Assembly (NCBI GenBank): GCA_000165425.1
Contig: CT868019.1
Coordinates: 62,001 to 126,000 of the forward strand
Direction of reading: 5' to 3'
Source of the DNA: Paramecium tetraurelia
Taxonomy: Eukaryota
DNA: 64,000 bases
Shown here: positions 55,145 through 64,000 of the stretch, one piece after another
How positions within the stretch are numbered: the first letter of the stretch is position 1
How the letters are laid out: the number at the start of each line of letters is the position of its first letter
The notes under the pieces: model-generated
Database searches by the model: none
Told to the model about the DNA's origin: nothing
Seen by the model: the letters and a program-made list of their open reading frames with translations, nothing else
Made by a program: the position numbers and the translations under genes

Positions 55145-56071
55145 ATGAACATGTAAAGAAAAAGCCATTCTCCTGAATTAAGAAAAGAGCTAGCTTTAAA
55201 ATTATTGAGAAATGAAAAACATCCTTTTGTCTCCAAATAATCTTAATCCCCAGAAATAAAGATGACCAGATCAACAGTCTCTTAGAAGCGTAAGGCCCAA
55301 GATCATCCAGTCAATTCCCCTATCATTGAGGATCTTTTGAGACAATGCAAATTGCTAGAGGAATTAGTTAAGAAGTCAAAGAAGGTAAAAGTTCTTATGG
55401 ATAAGAGTAGATTATTGATGAGAAAGAAACTAAAATTTAACTTTTACTTCAATTACTTAAACAAAGAGAAAACTGTTGCAAGGAGCTATAAATGTAATCA
55501 CACAAATTAATGGAAGAGAGGCAAATTTTAATAGAACACATTACACAATTAGAAAACTAACTCAATCTATAAGAGGAAGAAGAAGCATGTATGATTTAAT
55601 ATTTAATGTGCAAGATTCGCAAGATGGATTTTAACAACATATGACGAATTTAAATGATTTGAGACACTTTCTAAATCAAATTCGTCATAGTAATGAAGAC
55701 ATCCCAGTTTTTGTTGATGTTGATAATCTGACTTATGAATAACTTCTCCAACTTGAAGATACTATTGGGTACGTAAATAGAGGTTTGAGCAAAGAACAAA
55801 TAAAAACTATTCCAAAAATAAGCTTTGATTAATGCAACACAGATGAATAATTGTAAATAACATAATATTAATCATAAGATGCTCTATATGTTAAATTGAA
55901 TTCGAGAGTACTGACAAATGCAGAGCTCTTCCATGCTAACACATCTATCATTCAAAATGCATAAAACTGTGGTTAGGAAAAGAAAAACATTGTCCGATAT
56001 GTAAACAAGAACTGGAAATTAATCTGCCAATCTAGTATCAAACGGAAGAATAAGTAATGGTAGAACAATGA
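55145..56071 (+). CDS. RING-H2 E3 ligase (coiled coil plus DxDNxTYEQLL motif)
   Basis: DVDNLTYEQLLQLEDTIGYVNRGLSKEQI...CSICQIEF...LPCQHIYHSKCIKLWL...CPICK. Confidence 0.88.
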
Positions 56072-57368
56072 ATTAATAAATTATATATCTTATAATGTAC
56101 AATTGATTATCTTCATCATTATTTATATTAGGTTCTTTTCAATCAAATAAATTAAATAATATTGGAGGTATAAATATATCTTTCTATTTTTCAACAATTA
56201 TCATTTGTCTTATAAAATGAAGTTCTTAAGAAGTTTAATATCTTCCCAACTTGATATTATAAAGTATCACTTATATTTATCAAGATTCATTTTATAAAAA
56301 ATAATTATGAACTTTTTATATAATTTATGATTATTTTTATGCTTTCTATTAATAGTTGTTAAGAAATTTTCTCTTTTAAATTTAATTGCTAAGCCTTTTG
56401 ATAATATCCATTTACTAACAATAAATTTACTTTATTACTCCAATAGATGTTTTGTATTTTGGACTCTTTTAATCGTGTATTTGATTATCACTTTTACAAA
56501 AAGGCAGTTTTTATATGTTTTATTCTTCTTTTAGTTCCTTTTTAGGCTAGCTCTAAAACATTAAATTCAGTTGATATTTTCTAAACCAACCATTTTTTAT
56601 AGATTAAATCAATTAATATTTAACATTTTGTTCCAATCCTAGTTTTTGTAATTATTCTTATAATTTATACCATAGCAAAAGATTTTAATTGAGGTACTTA
56701 AACTATTTATTTTTCTCCTAATTATTTTGTATATATTTTCTTAAAAGATGATAATTGATAATCATGATTTAAATTAATTATAGGCTTTGCCTATAGTTTT
56801 AAGTCTACTGTTTTCCCTCATAAACTTCTTAAATTAGTAATTTTGTCCTAAGTTCTACATTTTATTATATTAATATTCTACTAATAATATGCTTTGATTC
56901 ATAACTATATTACGATAGATTAATATTTTAATTAAAAAGTGTTGGCTCTATGTCTGCGAACTGATATGATCTTAATTCATTAATTTAATTAATTTTAATT
57001 TTGCATTAACTTCATTATTATTAATTTTCTGATTTTACTTTTTCATATTCTCTAATATTTATTGATTAATTTCGACTACTAATCTTTTATAAACACTTAA
57101 TGTAAAATATCTAAATAAACTAATACTAGCTTTTAAGAAATTATTTATAACAAAGATAATGATGGCATTATAATTTGCAATTTGCTCAAGATTTTCTAAT
57201 TTTAAATAAGATTTTTTTCAATCTATATATATGGCATTGTTTTTCACTAAGAGCTATCTGTATTCCCAAATAGATTTATATATATTGATTGAATGTTGAA
57301 ATTTTTTAATAATGATTTTTATTCTTTGACTCTTGAATGTGAAATCAAATTTATTGATAACAAAATAA

Positions 57369-59147
57369 ATGAAATTTCTTATTGTTAATGGTTATCATGC
57401 TTCTCGGAACAACTTTAAGTAAATCGAATAATTCAAGTAGTTAATATGGGATGTACAAATATAATTTAGTTAGATTACATAATAATTAAAAGAAGTTGCG
57501 GATGTTGAATTCGATTTTGCAATTGCTGATAGGCATTCAGTATAAGAATATCTCTTTGAACCTGAAACATCTCTAGTTCGACCAGAACATGGATTGAAAT
57601 TCGATGCTCTCGACATGATCTTCATAGCCGCATCACCAAATGTTCGTCCATGGCATAATAGAATGAGGAGTGTAAGTGAATGTCATTACATAAGATAATC
57701 ACGCTTATTCGAATGTGTTTAAAAACAAAAAAACTATTATTTATGACTTCTTTTGGTGCTTAAGCGCTCGCATATTTATGTGCCACAAACATTTAAAATG
57801 TATAAAATAATAATTAATTGTATATAGTATATAAATATAACTAATGGATATGGTGAGGGATGTAAGCTCGTAGATTTTCCAAAATATACGAATTAAGCAT
57901 TAAAAAACGGGTCTGATGATTTCTTTTTGGATTCTACAACTGGTGATATCTATTTCTACAGCAAGTAAACCGATGAATGGATACCTAAAGCCAATGTAGG
58001 AATTCATCATCGAAGAGATGCTATGGAATATTAATCCATTGGAAAATTTGTTGTTAAATCTCCAACCTACAAACCTAAATAATAGATGCTTAGTAACTAA
58101 ACTGAAATGACATGCATTATCAAAAAGTAGTTCTTAAATTATTGGTTGTTTAAAGATGTCTAAATGGAATTCTCAATTAAATAATCTAATGCTTGGGATA
58201 TACACACAATTACATTCGTTAACCCGGAAAAAGTTTAAATTTGTTTATATGAATATAGAGATTTTCGGTTTTAGCAGAAAATAATTTTAGAGGACCTCTA
58301 ATTCTATAATGTGACAATATTTTAGCCTTGCTTTTTGAAATCGAAAGTAAATCTAGAGATCAATTCAATATCATTCAAAATTTTATCGAAAACGGAATTA
58401 AAACCATAAGATATTCAAATCATTATGTATCAATTAACTAATCAATTTTTAGAATCAAATAAGCATTACCTATGAAAAATATTTTAACAATTAAAAAGGC
58501 ATCAAAAATATAGAAATTGTATTTGACAAAACTCTGAAAAAAACAAATAAATTAGATGATTCCATCAAACCTAAAGGTATGGAGTATAGAAAACTTATCA
58601 ATGCACAAATTTAAGAATAAGAAAGGGAGAAAATACATTCTATTTAAGCAGGACTTACCAGTAGAAATAATAAATAGTCAGAGTAATTTCTTTTTCATTA
58701 AAATTTAGTGTTGTGTCTCACAATAATATTATGTAAAAGAATTATAAAGTGAAAAGAAGAAAATCCTTTTCCTTAAAGTAATAACAACTTATGATGCTTT
58801 CTTAATAAGTTCAGAATCATGAGTTTCTAAAATAAAATCCTAATCTTGATAATTTCTTGTCCGATTAATAATAACCCAAAAGCAGTAGGCATCTCAAAAT
58901 CAATACAGAACCAAAACCTTAACCTAGACTCAAACAGGAAGATGATTTTGACTATGACCAGAGAGCACATAAAACCCAATTTAATTAAGTTTAAGTTCGG
59001 AAATTATTACACCCCTCTTTAGATGAATAATTCTTAGGATAGAAAAGATTTTGGATTCCAGGATTCTTGAATTACAAATACACAGATATCTAATCTGGTC
59101 TTCCTTCTACAAGAAAAGGTAGTCGACCTTTGACTGATCGCTTTTGA
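57369..59147 (+). CDS. Class I glutamine amidotransferase-like fold protein, probably non-catalytic, several introns
   Basis: MKFLIVNGY, FDALDMIFIAASPNVRPW, KKLLFMTSFGAQALAYL parallel the GATase I strand order; long C-terminal extension. Confidence 0.55.
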
Positions 59148-59384
59148 TTTCTTAATTTAATTAACCAATAATTTACCTTTATTAGTTTTACTTCGATAAA
59201 ATCATTAATGCTATGACGATAGTGTGAACTCTTGAACAATAGATTCTTAAATAATTATTATAACATTATTTCGAATTCAATTTAATACATCTATAGCAAA
59301 GATAGTGTGTTTTTCAATAAAAGCTTATATGATAATTAATTATAATTAATTTTTTTAATTAATACTTAAACGATAACTTTTATT

Positions 59385-60126
59385 ATGAATCAAGAGTCTA
59401 TTGATGAATCCCTGGAAAGATTGTAATTCATTTTATTATCCTTCTTAGTCGAAGAGATAGATAAAATATTAGAGAAAAAATGGCAGAGAGAAATTAATTA
59501 TATGAGAAAGCAGCCTAAAATTATTTATCCAGTTTATAAAGAGAAGTTGAAACAATAAAAAGAACCAGGTATTATGATTAACAAATGCATTAGACCCTTG
59601 GCTGAAACAAGAAATTAAGAGTTTAGAGAATAAATAGTAAATTTATTTTAGAGATATGAAGATGGAAGTCTGAGATTAAAATAAGCAATTCAAAAAACCA
59701 ACATTGAAAAAATCAATTATAATAACTATTTAATTAAGGTGTATCCAAATTATTTCACTGATGAAAAAAGAAAACTAAAGGAAGAAAATTAACGACTAAT
59801 GTAATAATTGCAAGTATTAATTTATTTAACAAATATAGGGATTTAGATAACAAGTAAGTAATGTTCCTTTGTAGGAAATATAAAACATTTAAAACGAATA
59901 ATATGATTACAATGAACTATAAAGAGTTGATGAATATTTGGGATAAGATTACTAAGAATAGGATTTTTAAAACTAATAATACCATATTTAAGAATAATAA
60001 AGATAGTAGTTTCAGTAACCATAAGGGCTCTAAAATTATTAAAACTAATCAAAATAAAACCTAACAAAATAGTAAGAATAGGACTTTTTATCAGAATTTT
60101 TAATTCCTTAACAAGGGAAAAAATGA
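59385..60126 (+). CDS. Hypothetical coiled-coil protein with Q-rich tail, 3 introns
   Basis: MNQESIDESLERF^RRDRQNIREKMAERNQ...LAETRNQEFREQ...VYPNYF...QGKK-TGA. Confidence 0.7.
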
Positions 60127-62337
60127 TATAATTTTATACTTATATATAAAATATTATTTTGAATCTCAGAAATCATATTAGCTGATCTATCAACAGCATA
60201 GAATGATATATGATTTTGTGGAGAGAGAATGAATTCTATGATTTAATATTATAAAATGCAATGTATTTAAAATTCAAAAATATTTCAAACAGAACTTCAA
60301 GCAAAATAATCAAACATTTAATTGGAACCTTATTTATTAAGATGGGTGAGATGAAAAATCAATATATTTATATTTTATCATTTTTATAAAAAGCCATTAT
60401 CTTGTATAAAGAATCATAACCAATTAATAATTCAGATTCTGAAGTTTGATATTTTACTACTCATTACTTATCTAAAGTATTTTTATGAATTACATTTAAA
60501 ATAGATAAAAGATTTTTATATGTTTACAATTTGTATGATGGTTATAAACAATTTATTAATTCCGATCATTGCAAAGTGACTACGATTTATTAAAAATGAT
60601 TCAATTACATATTAGGATAAAAAAGTATCTTTCATTACCTGATGCAATAGAAGTAATAAGCCTTTAATAGATAGGAATGATGGTGATTTGATTGTTAAAA
60701 TTAGTAATTTTTTCGATGAATCTACTATTTCTTATTTTCAATTACTTAATACTGCTCCTTGGTTTACTTATATTTAAAAATCAAATTCTTAATGAAATGC
60801 ATTTACTGGTTTTTGTCTAAATTTCTTGGTTGTTACAGAAATTAGAAAAAAACAAAATCATATACTTAAATTTCTGAATTTATCTTTTAATAAAAATTAT
60901 AAAATATTGTAGATTCTTTGTATGAATTATTATTTTATTATTACTTAAATTAAAATTAGCATTAAAAGTATTATGTGCCTCTACTTTTTATTTTTATTAA
61001 ATGATGACGACAATTTTCAAATTTTATTATTATAAACCTTATGGTAAAAAACCTTGAGATATTCTTAAACAAATTGCCTAAAAACTCTGATTTATGCAAG
61101 ATTCTAGGGTTCGAGCTGCTAAATATCTGTGTTTTAGACGATTTATAAATTTTCGTAGTTTTTCCATCTTTGAATTTATGAAGATCGTGATAGCTTTATC
61201 TATATTTTTATAGATATTTGTTATAGAATATATATGATCAAAAATATATAATCAAAGAGGATCAAGCTTAGAGAAAACCTTCTTTTGCATGTAATTAATT
61301 CCATATTTAGAATTTGTAAGCATTCTTTTGTAGTTTTGCTTAAATTCTAAAACGGATGAATGAACTTTGATATTATTTCTTGGAGCCCTCTCGGTAAAAG
61401 GTTGTTAATAGCTATGATTACTAACTGACTTTAATGACATAATATTGTAAACATACTTGTTTTTGATTAAGATCTGCTAATGACATGATGTTTTATAACG
61501 AGAGTCTGCATTAAGCAATCAAAGGAAGTTTTTCAAAAGAAGATTTATCTCTCTTCATTCTTTTTATTTTAATATAAAATATATTGATTTTCTCAATGAA
61601 ATTGAAAATGATTTATAGGATTTTTATAAATTCAAAACCTAGTAATATTTTATTATTGAAGCATATTTCATTCAAAGAAAAAGAAAGTCATCAAAAAGGA
61701 ATAATTTAACTTGTTCTCATTATCTATATAAATATTATGACTTAAATTCAGAATATTGTAATAGTTCATATAATTGATAACATGTTTGATCTTTATATCT
61801 ATAGGCTTTTCACCTTTGTACATGTTTTTAAAATTTAAATATCAATCTAAAAATAATGATAAGCTTTGGAAATGTTAGTCTAGGAATCCTATTTTTTTAG
61901 GAATAATAATTTAATAAAACTATTATGAATATTGATCATAAACTGTCTTTGAAAAATTGCATTATGTATTTTAGTATCATTTTATTTGTTATGTACTTTT
62001 AGTATAAGTTATTTTATAAAAATAATATTTATTCAGCCAATTGTTTCTAAATTATTTGTTGATAGAACCTAATTTTAACTGACTTAAAGGTTTAAATTTC
62101 GATTGCGGAGATAGGTATTCATTAATTATTGCCCAAAATGTTAGATTTTTAATTAGTTCTTATATTGAATTGAAAAGTATCAAGAGGAATGCATTTAAGG
62201 ATTTAAGCATTTTAAATATAAACTGTATTTTAAGGATTAAGATAGTAAAGTATAAAATGATGTTGATTTATTTGCATTTGTAGTAAAGTTTGGATATTAA
62301 TTAATATCTAAGATAACATTATAAATAAATTAATTAA

Positions 62338-64000
62338 ATGAATAGCATTGATAGTTATCAAAGCAAAGCAACAATGAATGCATAGTCAATAATCTCTAAA
62401 ATAGCCACTCGAAATGGATAAGCAGAGTAAGCAAGTAGAGTTATATGTTAGTAATGGCTCATTGATAGCAGCTTTGGATGAGGAAACTGTCTCTGCAGCT
62501 TGGAATGCATTCGGTAATTATAAATTTTGAATTGTGAAGGCCTTCATGTTTCAAGGTAATTACGAATGGGAAGAGGAGTAGCTGTGAACAAATTTGGAAC
62601 ATTTTCTTTTAGTGCTCCAGATGTTATATTGGATGGAGTTACCAATCCAGTAGAAAGAGACAAATAGCCCCGTTAACCAGTATTTCTTGTTGCAAAGGTA
62701 GTCGATTGATTTAATGTAAGGAATTTGTTAATGGATTCAATCTAAAAACTGCCATAGCAATAGGTCGATAATTGAGACCATATAAAGTGCAGACATCTGG
62801 TAAGATTTAGCATGCAATTGTGAATTGGGCAGAAATAGCATTGTATGCATCTCAAAATAAGGATTCAGCTAAAATGGCTGTTGAGAGAGTGATTAAATCA
62901 TTATCTGATATAGTTCGCAACGTATACATTCTTATCGATGATTTTAGAGGGATGTTGTTGAAGTTGAAATTCCATGTGTTGGTACATTCTTTGTGAAATC
63001 CCATTGTGCTGCTGTGTAATTTATGGATTCACTGATGGATAGTTGTAAAGTAAAATATGGGATCAATATTTGTTTATAGGAAATCACCAAGAGACCATTG
63101 TCAGAGAGAAAATCAAAAGGAGACATGCGTTTGACACAGTAATACCTGCAGTAATTGAGCAAAAGTCAGCATCCTGAAGAAAACAATCTCATGATTGATG
63201 AAGGTGCCAGGAATTATTTAACTAATTCTCTTGGAATTGAATTACCTGACACTAGACCTAAAACTGCTAAAAATTCATAAGTCTAATCTAAAAAGGGGGG
63301 ACTTATGAGTAAAACTGTATCAGATTATATTCAATAACAATTTTAGTTAGAATTAAGACCATCAACTCAACAGATCTCTAGAATGGGATTCCAAAGATCA
63401 GTTAATGATAAAGTTTTTGCTTTGGAAAGATTAAAATATTACATAAGGGATCATGCACTTAATATTGAAGATGTAATGATTAAATCAATTAAATTAATTA
63501 GTCATTTTTAGATCTCTGTTAACAAGCATTTGGTAAAACTAGTGAAAGAAAAATTAGAATGAATTTTGATGATTTTAAGAGAGCTGTTCTTAAAATAGAT
63601 TTGCCTCTTAATGAAATACAAATAATCACTCTATTTTAGACTTTAGATGTTAATAATGATGGTTTCGTTGATAAATTTGATTGGCTCAAAGCTATTGTTG
63701 ACAAAAGTAAGTATTATCATATAAATTCAATAGAAACTCATGTAAATTATATAAAGGATGTCGTGTTTAAATTCTAAATTCATACGGATGATTTGTTATA
63801 GAGAATGAATTTGCATCGTGATCATCCTCCAGTTAATTTGTAATAATTAAAATTTGCTCTCATGCATTTAGATGAATCTCTAAATTAACACAAAGCACTT
63901 AAAGTGGCTAACGAAATTCTAGATGGAAAAGAAACTATTAGCATGAATGATTTATTAGCATTATTTAATACAGTTGAAGAAGATGACAAAATGTATGATT
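62338..64000 (+). CDS. CCDC81-like (HU-type domains) protein with EF-hands, runs off window end
   Basis: VSAAWNAFG..VSRQLRMGRGVAVNKFGTFSF...PVFLV; VNWAEIA; VEIPCVGTF; EF loop LDVNNDGFVDKFDW. Confidence 0.75.

Noticed and set aside
56100..57300. Long AT-rich minus-strand open stretch
   Set aside because: Long frames arise easily with a single stop codon; no motif, start uncertain
60200..62300. About 2 kb without a clear gene; possible pseudogene or transposon relic
   Set aside because: No terminal repeats, transposase motifs or coherent frame seen

Overview
Gene-dense, very AT-rich eukaryotic DNA with the hallmarks of a Paramecium macronuclear scaffold (species not determinable by eye): TAA/TAG read as Gln with TGA the only stop (ciliate code, table 6), about 20-30 nt GT..AG introns, and intergenic gaps often under 100 nt. 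The supplied ORF track uses the wrong code and ignores introns, so it shows only fragments and antisense shadows. I translated the genes by hand in code 6. About 38 genes can be supported, including ARPC4, UTP23, RBX1, RPN3, a myosin with an RCC1 tail, a TDY MAP kinase, a PUF protein, p24, a GH125 mannosidase, a SET protein, a homeodomain protein, CFAP96, RWDD1, RPL5, PP4R1, REX4, a BAH-PHD-TFIIS-M protein and a CCDC81-like EF-hand protein. There is a 132-nt N gap, and a stretch of probable single-base sequencing insertions breaks RPL5 and RWDD1. I saw no RNA genes, CRISPR arrays, telomeric tracts or transposons. The best novelty candidates are the BAH-PHD-TFIIS-M chromatin reader with a 100-nt intron, three uncharacterised paralog pairs (dual-acylated microproteins, RVxF proteins, cyclase-like 6TM sensors) and a GATase-fold pseudoenzyme. 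No multi-gene novel system is demonstrable from the sequence alone. Family calls come from motifs I recalled, not from database searches.
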